From positions 179,942-243,941 of IMG/VR virus record IMGVR_UViG_3300028735_000004: a stretch of DNA of 64,000 nt; one strand, given 5' to 3'. Below the pieces are notes generated by a model. The model made no database searches. It saw nothing but the letters and a program-made list of their open reading frames with translations, and was not told the origin of the DNA. Below are positions 1 through 10,708 of this stretch, piece after piece (within the stretch, counting starts at the first letter, position 1; each line of letters opens with the position of its first letter). A program made the translations under genes and the position numbers. Origin of the DNA: a virus. Taxonomy: Duplodnaviria > Caudoviricetes.

Positions 1-615
1 ACGAGTTGCAACATATCTTCCAAGATCTTTTAAATTATCAATTAATGATTTATTTAAAGATTTTGCTTGGCTTACCAAATCAATAGTATCTTGTCGTAAT
101 TTGCCAATAAAAGAAGATGGAAACCTTTTTTCTAAGGCCTTAATTGCTAAATTATGTGGAGAGAAAAATCCGGCAAACATATCGCTTAAAGAAGAGAAGA
201 ATCCGGCATTTTTAACTAATTCAATTGATAATTCTGATTTTTTAGCTACAGGTTGATATTTAAATAGTTCTTCTAAATGCTCTTTTTTTGGTCTGCTTAA
301 TAAAATATCATAATTTTTAAAATTTACAATATTTTTTAAAGTATCAAATTTTTCTTTAATTGAAGAAACAGCATCATTATATTTAGTTAAATAATAAGCA
401 GTAGTTATGTAATCTCTAAGCCTGCTTGCAGAGACAGCTTTATCTAAATTGATTTCATTTTTTTCTACAATTTTTCTAATTTCATTATCAGTAGATCTAA
501 TAATCTTCATTATTTCTCTAAATTCCGAATCTCTTAATTCTAAGAATTTACCAGAAATATTAGATTTTTCTCTAACTTTACTTAAGAAACTTCTTCTTTG
601 AGCGATTTTTTTCAT
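1..615 (-). CDS. Hypothetical protein, C-terminus runs off the window (probable head-cluster protein)
   Basis: Translated by hand: open frame from ATG at 615 (MKKIAQRRSFLSKVREK...) to the window edge, preceded by an AGGGAG RBS. Contains KIAQ and KNAG motifs like its neighbours. Confidence 0.75.
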   Translation of the reverse strand, partial: MKKIAQRRSFLSKVREKSNISGKFLELRDSEFREIMKIIRSTDNEIRKIVEKNEINLDKAVSASRLRDYITTAYYLTKYNDAVSSIKEKFDTLKNIVNFKNYDILLSRPKKEHLEELFKYQPVAKKSELSIELVKNAGFFSSLSDMFAGFFSPHNLAIKALEKRFPSSFIGKLRQDTIDLVSQAKSLNKSLIDNLKDLGRYVATR

Positions 616-651
616 AACACTCCCTATTAATTATATAAAAATATTGATTAA

Positions 652-2367
652 TTAAGGAGCTTTAGGTGATGGAGGTGGAGTTAAATCTGGTGGAATGCCA
701 GAAGTATCAGGAATGCCGGAAGGTTCTCCCCCACCAGATGGACCAGCTTCATAAGGTGATTGTCCAGGTAAAGGCGGTTCTAATATTTCTGGAATATCAG
801 CATCATCAGTTAAAGACCTTAATTCATTGAGAGGCATTTGTTTAAGAGATTCTTTCTCTTTTTCTCTAATTGCTTCTGCAATATCTTCTTTTCTAATCTT
901 TCTTCTTTCTTCTTCCCATTCCAATCCTAAAGATCTATATAAAGTTTGTTGTGAAACTCGTTTTGGATCTCCGGTTAATTGAATTAAAAAGTTAATATAA
1001 TCAGCCGCATCAAATAAGCTCATATGATTCCAGTCAATATCTGGAACTATAAGAACTTTTTTCTTATCTTTAAATTCGTAAAATTCATTGAGTTTAGAAA
1101 TGGGAGCAAAAATACGACGACGAAGCCAGGTTGTCATCATATTTCTAAACTGCATATAACGCTGTCTTAATACATCAAGAGATATACCACCGTTAGCATA
1201 TGTAATATCTCCACCACCTTCCATAACTACTTGTGGTACCATTAATCCAATATAAATTTCTTTAATTAATTGCGTAATATCTCCTGAAATATCATAAATA
1301 CCTTGACCAGAACCTATTCTTTCTATAGATACCTGATCGTGAGTAATGATTTTAAAATCTTTATCATATTGTGCTTGTTCTATCAATTCTCTCCAAGCTT
1401 CAAGATCTGCCGGAGTTGGCTTATATTCAGTACCTGCCCCTCCAACTTTAACAAGAGTTAAAGGATTAATCATATTAGCGGCTTGTGCAAATTTAGATTC
1501 TCTTAATAAATCGAATAACATTAATTGTCTAAATACAGAAACTGGAAGCCCAGTGCCTCTATGTGCATATGGGCTTATTTTTCTTGCCAAATGTGAAACA
1601 TAAAAATTATCAAGAGGTATATTTTCGCCTCTTCTTACTCTTTCAATTATTGCCGGATTTAACTGATTTCTTTGTTCTATGTCGGATGGATTATTTGACA
1701 TTACTATCTTGCGTAAATTTTCATCCGGTCTTAACATAATTAACGGCTCATTTGCTATAACCGTTTTTTTAACAACTATATAATCTGGATTTTGTATTGC
1801 TAATCTACTCCATTTTAATGATTTTGAGTCTAACTCCGCATATACAAAAGCTTCACCTAACAACCAATATTCTTGAGCAACTTGAACACAAATATTCATT
1901 AAATCTATTTCTTCAATCATTTCATTAAAGAAATCTTCTACTTTTTTATTTGGACATTTAATGTTTAATTTACTAATAGGATATGTGCTATGCAAATTAA
2001 TAGCGTTTTGTACTATGGGATTTAAGGCATAAAATGATCTGCACCAGGCATTTATTGTAGCCTGGTCTCTTGGTAAATTAAGATTTGAATTAAGCCATAA
2101 TGGAGAATAAACTTCAGGCGTTTGTCTTACAGTTCCACCTGAACCTTGCCAAGAAGTTCCAGAACTACTGCTGGCTAATTGAGCATTTTTAACAATAGTT
2201 GAATATGATGCTTGTGTTAATTCATTTTTGTTTTTAAGATTACCAGATCCATCCTTAAATAAACCGGCCTCTACCTCTTCTCCAAGTGTTTCTCGCCTAT
2301 ATTGGGAAACGGATTTATACATTAATGGAGTAATTGATGGTACATATTTTTTAGTATTATCTGACAA
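652..2367 (-). CDS. Phage portal protein
   Basis: 571 aa, adjacent to terminase. Portal-like segments (RSFYALNPIVQNAINLHSTYP; AQEYWLLGEAFVY; YAHRGTGLP) and a Pro-rich tail. TTG start with AGGTGA RBS. Confidence 0.75.
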   Translation of the reverse strand: MSDNTKKYVPSITPLMYKSVSQYRRETLGEEVEAGLFKDGSGNLKNKNELTQASYSTIVKNAQLASSSSGTSWQGSGGTVRQTPEVYSPLWLNSNLNLPRDQATINAWCRSFYALNPIVQNAINLHSTYPISKLNIKCPNKKVEDFFNEMIEEIDLMNICVQVAQEYWLLGEAFVYAELDSKSLKWSRLAIQNPDYIVVKKTVIANEPLIMLRPDENLRKIVMSNNPSDIEQRNQLNPAIIERVRRGENIPLDNFYVSHLARKISPYAHRGTGLPVSVFRQLMLFDLLRESKFAQAANMINPLTLVKVGGAGTEYKPTPADLEAWRELIEQAQYDKDFKIITHDQVSIERIGSGQGIYDISGDITQLIKEIYIGLMVPQVVMEGGGDITYANGGISLDVLRQRYMQFRNMMTTWLRRRIFAPISKLNEFYEFKDKKKVLIVPDIDWNHMSLFDAADYINFLIQLTGDPKRVSQQTLYRSLGLEWEEERRKIRKEDIAEAIREKEKESLKQMPLNELRSLTDDADIPEILEPPLPGQSPYEAGPSGGGEPSGIPDTSGIPPDLTPPPSPKAP

Positions 2368-2385
2368 AATTCACCTATATGAATA

Positions 2386-2393
2386 TATATAAC
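2386..2393 (-). promoter_or_regulatory. Putative phage promoter (GTTATATA, extended -10-like) for the portal gene
   Basis: Member of the recurrent G[TA]TATAT[TA] motif found upstream of many starts; followed by an SD-containing leader. Confidence 0.45.
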
Positions 2394-2432
2394 TTTATTA
2401 CTGATTATTTATTAGACAATATTTAGTTAATG

Positions 2433-4274
2433 TTATCTAATTTTAGGAGCATATGCTAAAACTGCAGGAAGTGTTTTCTTTTCTTCTGTGAAAGAAGTTG
2501 GAAGCCCTTGGTTAGTAAAACCTTGAGTTATATAAAATTTATAAGCAATATATGCGTTTAATAAAGCAACAAAACCATCATTAACCCCAGATTTAATATA
2601 GTGAGGTGTAACATCTCCTACTCGCGATATAGAAGGTTTTATTTCCATATTAGTGCAATGCTGAATTAACCAGGCAATATGCTCATATGAGCCAAGAGGA
2701 AATCTTACCATACCTTTTTTCATTTTTTCATATAAATCAGCAATCCAATAATCTTTTTCAAACATAATTACTTTAGGAAAAATATCTGAATTATATTTTA
2801 CTTTATTATTTAACTTACCAGTAGCTTGAGCGCACAAAAATTTTTCACCTAATTCATTTTGTAATATTTCACTCAAATCGTGCGTGTATCCAAAATCCAT
2901 CATCGCAAGATTAATAGAATATTTTTGAATAAGCTCTTTGATAAAGGACTTCTTATATTCAACATTATTTTTTTTAAATTTAGCCGCAAATTCAATTGAC
3001 ATTATACCAGCATTTTTAATAGATATAATTACCGCGGTGCTATAGCTCTGCCCCTGTATTTTAAACCTTGGATTATCAACCATTTGTTCGGTGTCTTGTC
3101 TGGCGCCTATATCTATTCCTAAGAATTTTAAAGTTTGATCTTCTGGATGAAAATTAGCCCTAAATTTTCTCTCGTGATCTCCACAAATTTCTCGTATCTG
3201 ATCTTGAGTAATAATAGAAGTTTCTCCGTGGAAAAATTCTCCAAGAACTTCGTTTTGATATGCTCTTTCACTATTAATTGGACTATTTTCAGGTTTTTCT
3301 GCAAGAATTTTTTCTTTAGTAAATTCTGGCATATACAACTGATTAATATGAAATCCTATATATTGACATTCATCTGGATTTCGTAAAGGTACCCATTTAC
3401 CTCTTTCCGCTGCTTTTCTTTTGTCTTGATCGTGGCCGCAATGAGTACATCTAACAACGAAGTCATAAATCCAAATATTTTCCCATTCATTGCTTCCAGG
3501 AGTATATAATGGAAAATGCTCTCCACATTTTTCACAACCTAAATAAAAATATTGTTGAGAAGAAGCGTTCCATAATTTATGAAAATTAGAGCCTTTTTGA
3601 AGAGGAGTTCCAAAATAAACTTGAACTCCAGAACCAATAGAACCATATCTTGCTTTATTTAGAATTTTTAAAGTATTAGAAATGGCAGCTGGGCTCATTA
3701 ATTGACATTCATCAAAAAATATAACATCCGCAGTTTTTCCTCTTAATCTTGAACCATCAAGGCCAACTGATTCTATCCATAAATGATTACCGCCAACAAA
3801 TTGCTTAAATTGTAAGCTGTCATTAGTGGCGGTTGTTGCATCAATTAAAGATTGCATATGTGATTTAGATTTGCCTTTTTTATCAGGACCGTCCGTTAAT
3901 ACAGAGTTAGATATCATTTCACTTAATTTAGTTTTAGAATACGAAAAGACGTGATCTAATTGAGGAAATGCGTGCACAACTCTAATTGGAGGCCTATCTC
4001 CAGATCCAAATAATCCAGATCCCATAAAAAACATTTCAAGTACAGAAGCCATAGTAGTGCCACCGACTTGGCGTGATTTAAGTAATACAATTGGTTTAGA
4101 ATTATTTTCTAAAGCTTTAACGCCAATGTATCGATAAATTTCAATAAATGGCCTATATCCATTACTTGTTAAATTAAAAGGCTTACCATCAAGATTTAAA
4201 TAATTTTCCGCAAAATATACAGGATCTATATTTAATAGTGTTTTCTTTATTTTTTCTAAAATTTCATCTGACAT
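2433..4274 (-). CDS. Terminase large subunit (GpA-like, ATPase plus RuvC-like nuclease)
   Basis: Walker A variant KSRQVGGTT, Walker B VIFFDE, CxxC...CxxC zinc ribbon (CEKC/CTHC), nuclease motif FLGIDIG. Confidence 0.9.
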   Translation of the reverse strand: MSDEILEKIKKTLLNIDPVYFAENYLNLDGKPFNLTSNGYRPFIEIYRYIGVKALENNSKPIVLLKSRQVGGTTMASVLEMFFMGSGLFGSGDRPPIRVVHAFPQLDHVFSYSKTKLSEMISNSVLTDGPDKKGKSKSHMQSLIDATTATNDSLQFKQFVGGNHLWIESVGLDGSRLRGKTADVIFFDECQLMSPAAISNTLKILNKARYGSIGSGVQVYFGTPLQKGSNFHKLWNASSQQYFYLGCEKCGEHFPLYTPGSNEWENIWIYDFVVRCTHCGHDQDKRKAAERGKWVPLRNPDECQYIGFHINQLYMPEFTKEKILAEKPENSPINSERAYQNEVLGEFFHGETSIITQDQIREICGDHERKFRANFHPEDQTLKFLGIDIGARQDTEQMVDNPRFKIQGQSYSTAVIISIKNAGIMSIEFAAKFKKNNVEYKKSFIKELIQKYSINLAMMDFGYTHDLSEILQNELGEKFLCAQATGKLNNKVKYNSDIFPKVIMFEKDYWIADLYEKMKKGMVRFPLGSYEHIAWLIQHCTNMEIKPSISRVGDVTPHYIKSGVNDGFVALLNAYIAYKFYITQGFTNQGLPTSFTEEKKTLPAVLAYAPKIR

Positions 4275-4311
4275 ATATTAAATATATATCAATAAATAAA
4301 TTAAAAATTAC

Positions 4312-4905
4312 TTATTTAGTTGATGGTTCTAATAATTCAAACGGATCGTAATTTTCATCACCGTCAGTAGAGGTATCAATTTTTCCTAAATTTAAATTTA
4401 CTTCTTTATTTTGAGGATTATTTTTTTCTACTTCTATAATTTTATTATTAATATAAACTCTAACATCATTGGGAACATCAAATTTATTATCTAATTTTTC
4501 TTGAATAGATTTGATTTTTAATAAATCTTCAACAACTGCTTCTGGAAATGCGGTTGGTCTGCTTTCAACATAATTATCTATAAAGATTTTCATTTCAGGT
4601 ATTCTGCTGAATATTTCTGGCTCTTTATGAGTTAATGATGAAGATGCTTGTTTTTTATTTAAGAATTCTAATAAACCAGTTCTTTTTTGCATATCTAATA
4701 CTGCTTCTTCAACACTGGAATATTTTGATTTACGATTACCTAATATTTGATTAATTTCATCAAATATGACGGCATCTTGCACTTTTGATTTTACTGCACT
4801 TTTCTCTAATTCAGAAATAAAATCATCTAACCATTCTGGCTCGTATTTATTGCCTTCAAAAGTTATATCATCTCTTGAAAAAATAGAATTATTATATCTG
4901 CTCAT
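4312..4905 (-). CDS. Hypothetical protein (head cluster)
   Basis: 197-aa ORF tightly packed in the operon; no recognised domain. Confidence 0.7.
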   Translation of the reverse strand: MSRYNNSIFSRDDITFEGNKYEPEWLDDFISELEKSAVKSKVQDAVIFDEINQILGNRKSKYSSVEEAVLDMQKRTGLLEFLNKKQASSSLTHKEPEIFSRIPEMKIFIDNYVESRPTAFPEAVVEDLLKIKSIQEKLDNKFDVPNDVRVYINNKIIEVEKNNPQNKEVNLNLGKIDTSTDGDENYDPFELLEPSTK

Positions 4906-4913
4906 AATTAATA

Positions 4914-5825
4914 TTAGGCCTGATAATTACTTGCCCAATCTCCTTTACCATCACGAGTATCTACTTCTTCATCGCGTTTATATAAACGATCAGTTCTTAC
5001 TGGATAGCCCATATCTTCAAGAAATTGTGATAATTCGGCCTGTTCTCTTTCGTTTAAGGCATATTTTTTCACTTGGTCTTCGTAAAGATGTTCAATTGAA
5101 TGACCTGCGGAAACCATTCCGTTTATACAAACTCTTGCAATTCTTGATATTAATAACGGGACTGTAACTATTATCCCACCAACATATGGGGCTCTACCTT
5201 CTTTAACTAAAGATGATTTTTCCTCGGCTTTTTTCTTTTTACCATATTTGCTATCTAAAATTTCTTCTCTTCTTTTATCTAATCTAACGATACCTTCATT
5301 TATTTCATCTTTAGCTTTTGCGACTTCATCAGCATCAATTACGCCTTCAAAATCTTGTTGCATCGCTCTGGAAATTTCACTATCTAATCTTTTAAGATAA
5401 GCAATAGCTCTTTCTAAACCAGGAATATCTTTACCCGAATGATTAGGAATTTTCTTAAGCATTTCATCCAACCAAGAAGAAAAATTAGCACAATCTTCCC
5501 AATCCCAAATATTTTTAGATTTATCTTTAACTACTTTTTCTTCTTTTTTATCTTCTAAATCTTTATCAGAAATCTCTAATACTTGAGCATCATCGGGTGC
5601 TCCCGGTATATTGGGGAGTTTAAATTTAAGCTCAACTTCTACTGGAGCCACTTCCTGAGCTAAATCTTGATGCAATTCAACAACATCTTCCATTTCTGGT
5701 TTTTCATCATAAATGACTATTTCTTCATTTGATGGAGCTAATTCTACTTCGACTGGCTCATCTACCATATCAATAACTAAATCTTTATTTTCCATTAAAT
5801 CCTGTGCGCTTTTTAAAAGTGGCAT
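4914..5825 (-). CDS. Hypothetical acidic protein (head cluster, possible scaffold/inner-head protein)
   Basis: 303 aa, GAGGGA RBS, starts MPLLKSAQ. The function is inference only. Confidence 0.65.
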   Translation of the reverse strand: MPLLKSAQDLMENKDLVIDMVDEPVEVELAPSNEEIVIYDEKPEMEDVVELHQDLAQEVAPVEVELKFKLPNIPGAPDDAQVLEISDKDLEDKKEEKVVKDKSKNIWDWEDCANFSSWLDEMLKKIPNHSGKDIPGLERAIAYLKRLDSEISRAMQQDFEGVIDADEVAKAKDEINEGIVRLDKRREEILDSKYGKKKKAEEKSSLVKEGRAPYVGGIIVTVPLLISRIARVCINGMVSAGHSIEHLYEDQVKKYALNEREQAELSQFLEDMGYPVRTDRLYKRDEEVDTRDGKGDWASNYQA

Positions 5826-5871
5826 AGTTCCCTCGATAAATATTCTTCAATATTATATAATAATATACATA

Positions 5872-6309
5872 TTAAAGTTTTTTTGATAATATTTTATTTA
5901 ATATTTCTGCTCTTTTTTGTAATTTATACATTCTATCTGCGTTTTGAGTAAAACCATAATAAAGATTATGATAATAAGTGCTTGTTTGATCGTCCATTGG
6001 GACGGTAAATAATCCATTCATTCCGGTATTATCCATAGTATTTGTATAATAATCAGATGGTTTTAATGTAGGTAATTTACACGTTTCTATAACTTTATTA
6101 TACAAACAATTAACTTGATGATCAAAAATTTCTCCAGCATACTTACATTGTGTATTTGGTGATTTTTCTAATAATAATTGTTTATTTTTAGACACATCTG
6201 TGGTATCCATTAAATCAACTAAATCACCAGCTTTTTTACAATCTTTTGTAATATCTAAGCCAAATGGACATTTATTTGCCTGATCTCTTAAAACCGATAA
6301 TTTTTTCAT
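5872..6309 (-). CDS. Hypothetical Cys-containing protein
   Basis: 145-aa ORF with several Cys; overlaps the next gene by 4 nt. Confidence 0.65.
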   Translation of the reverse strand: MKKLSVLRDQANKCPFGLDITKDCKKAGDLVDLMDTTDVSKNKQLLLEKSPNTQCKYAGEIFDHQVNCLYNKVIETCKLPTLKPSDYYTNTMDNTGMNGLFTVPMDDQTSTYYHNLYYGFTQNADRMYKLQKRAEILNKILSKKL

Positions 6310-7241
6310 TGTGGTTTATTTTTTCTAATTTTATCGATTAATTGTTTTCTTTTGTTTTTTCTTTTTTTTCTAAATTCAGATAAGCTTTTATTTTTCTTCA
6401 TATCAGAATATAAACCTAATCCAGGACCTTCTTTATCTTCTATCCCATAATCAAAATTACTAAAAAATTGAGCATTTTTAACTGAATTATAAATTACTTT
6501 TTTATTATAAAATGGCTGCAAATCTTCATTAATTGGTATATAATTCCAAATATCCATTTCATTTAATAAATAAACCAATCTATCGGGATTATGATTTAAT
6601 GCTTTATTTATATTTTTAACTTTATATTGCAATTTGATTTGATTTAAATATTGTTTATTATTTTTAATCCAATTAATAATTTTAGGATCTACATCAAAAT
6701 CTAACTTAGAAGATAAATACAATACCCTAATTATTCTATTTACATTATATTTAAATGTTAATTCTGGATCCAGGCATGTGCGTATGAATTTATTTTCGAT
6801 ATCATCTATACCTAATTCAGTTAAATCTAATGTTGTTTTTAAATCAAAATTTAATAATAAAGAATTACAAGTAAAATCTCTACTATAAATTTCTTTTTCA
6901 AGTTCAGTTGGTTTTTCTATACCTTTATAATGTAAAATTTTTTCTATATTAGGTATTTTAAAATTAGAAGAAAAATCTATTTTTAAAGAACCCGTATAAA
7001 CCGATGTATGACCGTCATCCATTTTTTTAGAAGCAGACGGTAATATTTTTGCTAATTCAATAGAAAACTCTTTAGCCAAATAATGTATAGTTTTATCACC
7101 ATTTGTAATATCTAAATCAGAAATATTATCTAATTTGTCAAGATATTTATCGCGAGGCACACCACCACATATAAAAGGTTTAGAAAAACCTTTATTTTCT
7201 GCAATATTTTCTATTAGATTTAATAAATCCTTTAGTTTCAT
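6306..7241 (-). CDS. CCA-adding enzyme / poly(A) polymerase family nucleotidyltransferase (class II)
   Basis: Motifs ICGGVPRD, DLD (catalytic DxD), SRDFTCNS, DPELTF and NRIIRVL. CCA versus PAP activity cannot be distinguished by eye. Confidence 0.9.
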   Translation of the reverse strand: MKLKDLLNLIENIAENKGFSKPFICGGVPRDKYLDKLDNISDLDITNGDKTIHYLAKEFSIELAKILPSASKKMDDGHTSVYTGSLKIDFSSNFKIPNIEKILHYKGIEKPTELEKEIYSRDFTCNSLLLNFDLKTTLDLTELGIDDIENKFIRTCLDPELTFKYNVNRIIRVLYLSSKLDFDVDPKIINWIKNNKQYLNQIKLQYKVKNINKALNHNPDRLVYLLNEMDIWNYIPINEDLQPFYNKKVIYNSVKNAQFFSNFDYGIEDKEGPGLGLYSDMKKNKSLSEFRKKRKNKRKQLIDKIRKNKPQ

Positions 7242-7244
7242 TCA

Positions 7245-8840
7245 TTAAACTGCTTTTGTTGGTACTGGTGCCGAGGTAGGAGGAGCTGGAGCTGGTGTAG
7301 GTGTAGGAGCGACTACTTCGGTAGGCTGTTCTGCTAATTCCTGTTGAACATTTTCTACAGCAGGTTTTTCGCCATCTAATTTATCTACTAACTCTTTATC
7401 TCTAACTTTTTTCTTCATATCTTTTAACTTAACTTCTTGTTCTCTTTGTTGTTTGATTTTATCTCTTAAAGCTTTTTGTTCTGGAGTTAAGTTTAATTCA
7501 GTTTTTTCTCCAAGTAAATCAATTTCAGATACACCTATGGAGCCTCTAAGAGAGGATAAAATACCTTCGATACGACTATTAACATAAGTAGAAGCTTCTA
7601 ACATTTTATGTTGAGCTTCGGGTAATGACGGGAAGAATGAAGCTAAACCTAATTTATTTAACATAGCATCAATTATTGCTAATTGTCTGCTTATTTCTCT
7701 ATTTTTAAATAAAACATTAACTTCTTCTAATTTATCAATTACATCTTGAATTGTAATATCAGAGAAAGCGGCATCAATCAATTCATCAAATTTTGACTTA
7801 GGTTCCCTTATCCAGCCTTTTTGTTGCTCTTGTTTTTCAGGAGCTACGGCCGGTTCTAAATTCTCTTGTGATTTTACCGGAGCACTTTCATTTAATTGTG
7901 CTTCTACAAATAATTCATCATCTTTTTCTAAAGGCAATATTTCTTGTTCTAAAATTATTTCATCTTCTACTGAATTAAGATCGGTAATACCAGATGTTTC
8001 TAAATTATCTATAAAACCAGCAATACCTTCAAAAGATTTTTCTTTTTTATCTTTATCTAAACCTGGTTCAGTTAAATCAGGGGTATTATTTGGTAATGTT
8101 CCTTTACCATCTATTTTACTATCTAACGGTAATGGGCCTTGATTTGCGTTAAAATTGCCGGGGGTATTTTGTGATAATTTATAAACAAAATCTGCAGATT
8201 TTATAAATCCTTGATTTTTTAAAATATTTGATTGTCTTATAATTAAATCATTATAAATGGAATTGGCAAAACTATTTTTATTTACTATTTGTATTTGTTT
8301 TTTTAATTCATAAATAGAATTTAATAATTTTTCAAACTCTGAACCAGCAAAAATTTGACCATCTTGAGAAGATAATAATTTTTCAGCAGAATGTAATCTT
8401 CCTAAAATTTTTCTGCGCTGCTCTTCTATAATTCTTCTTTTTTCTTCTTTATTTAATGCTTGTTCTTTATTTGAGATTACCGCATTTTTAGCTTCAGTAG
8501 AAACATTATTAATATCTTTTAATGGGCTGGGTGGAATAAAAGAAGAAGGTGCAGGATTAGGTATAAAATAATTAGGTATATCTTCACTTACATAATAATT
8601 ATTTTGGGCCGTTTTATATTTTAAGTGTTCTTTGCCTTCATAAAATTTCATCCAATTTAGAAATGCAATTTTCTCTAATTTATCCCAATTTATAGTACAT
8701 TCATTAACGGCATCATTTTTGGAAGATCCCATATGAATGCGCATATAAACTTGTTTCATAACATCTACCCACTTACTTATGTCATAAGCTGGTTTAGATG
8801 TTCCTGGATCACTATAGTTTGGATAAGATATTTTATGCAT
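7245..8840 (-). CDS. Hypothetical protein with coiled coils and a Pro/Ala/Thr-rich tail (head cluster)
   Basis: 531-aa ORF ending APTPTPAPAPPTSAPVPTKAV. Confidence 0.7.
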   Translation of the reverse strand: MHKISYPNYSDPGTSKPAYDISKWVDVMKQVYMRIHMGSSKNDAVNECTINWDKLEKIAFLNWMKFYEGKEHLKYKTAQNNYYVSEDIPNYFIPNPAPSSFIPPSPLKDINNVSTEAKNAVISNKEQALNKEEKRRIIEEQRRKILGRLHSAEKLLSSQDGQIFAGSEFEKLLNSIYELKKQIQIVNKNSFANSIYNDLIIRQSNILKNQGFIKSADFVYKLSQNTPGNFNANQGPLPLDSKIDGKGTLPNNTPDLTEPGLDKDKKEKSFEGIAGFIDNLETSGITDLNSVEDEIILEQEILPLEKDDELFVEAQLNESAPVKSQENLEPAVAPEKQEQQKGWIREPKSKFDELIDAAFSDITIQDVIDKLEEVNVLFKNREISRQLAIIDAMLNKLGLASFFPSLPEAQHKMLEASTYVNSRIEGILSSLRGSIGVSEIDLLGEKTELNLTPEQKALRDKIKQQREQEVKLKDMKKKVRDKELVDKLDGEKPAVENVQQELAEQPTEVVAPTPTPAPAPPTSAPVPTKAV

Positions 8841-8868
8841 AGCCTTATAAATATACTATAATATTGTA

Positions 8869-9630
8869 TTAATTATCAGTTTTTTCTAAATTACTTAAAA
8901 TTTGAGTTTCTAACTGTTTAACTTGCTCTAATCTTTCTTCTACTGGTAAGATATTAATTGGCGTAGATTTAATTTTTTTAATTTTTTCATTAAATAAATC
9001 AATAAATAACATAGATGTATTATAATCTAATTTAGCCAAAATTTCTTTAATTATTTCATATACTACACCTATATGCTGGTCTAATATTTGTATGTTAATA
9101 TTATTATTTTGCTGTTGTAAAATTTGTTCTTGCGGCTTATTAATAATTTTATCATATTTTTCAAATACATCAGATAAAGTATTAAACCATTCAATTAAGG
9201 TTCTATCCATTTTGGTGTTTCTTGGATTTTCTTGAATAGTATCAAACACTTGTTCGGCACGATATTGAATGTTAAATATCATTCTTTTTAATCTGGTATG
9301 AATATCAATCTCTTGATTTAAATACTCGGTTAATTTATCTTGATAGTCAGAGTTAGATTTTATTACTTCTTTTATTTCTTGATCTGGAGTATTTTGTTTT
9401 TCATATAATTTTATTATATCTTCTTTAATTTGAGTATAGATATCTAAGTACTCATCTTTAAATATTTCTAAAGATTTTTCAGAAAACACATATTTTTGTT
9501 CTTTATCGTATTTGACCGATAGCCATTCATTAATATCAGATAGCGGAAAACCAAGTAATAATTTAGAAATAATCTCATCCCTATCAGGATGAGATAACAT
9601 ATTTTGTACTAACTCTTTATTTTTACTCAT
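8869..9630 (-). CDS. Hypothetical helical protein
   Basis: 253-aa ORF, possibly with an N-terminal HTH-like region; no firm family. Confidence 0.65.
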   Translation of the reverse strand: MSKNKELVQNMLSHPDRDEIISKLLLGFPLSDINEWLSVKYDKEQKYVFSEKSLEIFKDEYLDIYTQIKEDIIKLYEKQNTPDQEIKEVIKSNSDYQDKLTEYLNQEIDIHTRLKRMIFNIQYRAEQVFDTIQENPRNTKMDRTLIEWFNTLSDVFEKYDKIINKPQEQILQQQNNNINIQILDQHIGVVYEIIKEILAKLDYNTSMLFIDLFNEKIKKIKSTPINILPVEERLEQVKQLETQILSNLEKTDN

Positions 9631-9643
9631 AGTACAATATATA

Positions 9644-10342
9644 TCATTTATTCATTCTTGATTCACGGGTGCTAAAAGTCATTTCTGATGGAGTTCTTTT
9701 ATCCAAAAGACTTTGATTTTCTGTTGCGCCACCTGGTACTTTATTACCTTTTAAAGTGGTAAATCCAGTTCTAAAATTATAAACTTTATTATCTAAACTG
9801 CAACGCCAAACATCTTCCCCTATTCTTTCTACTTGCAATCCTGGGTGATCTGGGCAGGTTCTTGTAGATAGTGGGGCCTCAAGAGTAATATATTGTTTCC
9901 CAGCTTCGCTTTTCTCTATGGCTTCAACGGCTTCAGAAACTTTACTGTCTTGGTGTTGTCTATCTAAAGTTTGATTATACTTTTTTTTTAATTCTTCTAT
10001 TTTATCTTCTTCTGCTTTTTTAAATTGAGCAACGGCATCTTTAGGCGCACCTATTGTTAATAATATTTCATCTAAAACTGATGCTATTTTTAATAAATCA
10101 GGATCTCCACTATTATCAAAAGCGGTGGCAAGTTGAGCAACTTCATCTAAATCTGATGGAGCAAGCCCTTGTTCCATTTGCTCTAATTCAGAGGCGCCTT
10201 TTCTTAATTCTTCAGCCGCTAAAACTAAACTTTCTGCAACTTTATTTAAAACCTGATCATTATCTTCAACACTATTTAAAATTTCATTATCAGGATTTTC
10301 TAACCAGCTGGCTAATGCTAATAGTTTTTTATAAGATTTCAT
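9644..10342 (-). CDS. Hypothetical protein with a C-terminal zinc-ribbon-like motif
   Basis: TCPDHPG...WRCSLD. Confidence 0.65.
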   Translation of the reverse strand: MKSYKKLLALASWLENPDNEILNSVEDNDQVLNKVAESLVLAAEELRKGASELEQMEQGLAPSDLDEVAQLATAFDNSGDPDLLKIASVLDEILLTIGAPKDAVAQFKKAEEDKIEELKKKYNQTLDRQHQDSKVSEAVEAIEKSEAGKQYITLEAPLSTRTCPDHPGLQVERIGEDVWRCSLDNKVYNFRTGFTTLKGNKVPGGATENQSLLDKRTPSEMTFSTRESRMNK

Positions 10343-10701
10343 TTTTTACCTAACTGCAAAGTTGATTTAATAAAAGTGGTATAAGCATCTTGTATTAACT
10401 TAATGTCATTTATTAATTGAGATTTTGTATTTAAATATACGCTATTAAAATCAGGACCAGGAGGAACATCTTTTTGTTTTCTAATGGTGTTAATAAAATT
10501 AGTAATAGATTCTTTATCGTTTTGAAGTTGGCTTAATGAATTATAAAAATTATACAATATATATGCCATCTCTAATAATTCATTTCTTTTATCTTTTGTA
10601 TCCTGAAGTATTGCAATTGGAGGAGGACCGCCTTTAACAGGACTCCATTCTTGTTTTTGAGCAAGTTTTTTTAAAAATATAACTCTATCTTTAATATTCA
10701 A
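10339..10701 (-). CDS. Hypothetical protein
   Basis: 120 aa with a GAGG RBS; KKLAQ near the N-terminus. Confidence 0.6.
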   Translation of the reverse strand: MNIKDRVIFLKKLAQKQEWSPVKGGPPPIAILQDTKDKRNELLEMAYILYNFYNSLSQLQNDKESITNFINTIRKQKDVPPGPDFNSVYLNTKSQLINDIKLIQDAYTTFIKSTLQLGKK

Positions 10702-10708
10702 TTGATCC

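Noticed and set aside
8869-9630. Terminase small subunit
   Set aside because: A helical or HTH-like N-terminus is compatible, but there is no diagnostic motif and it is not adjacent to the large subunit; left as hypothetical.
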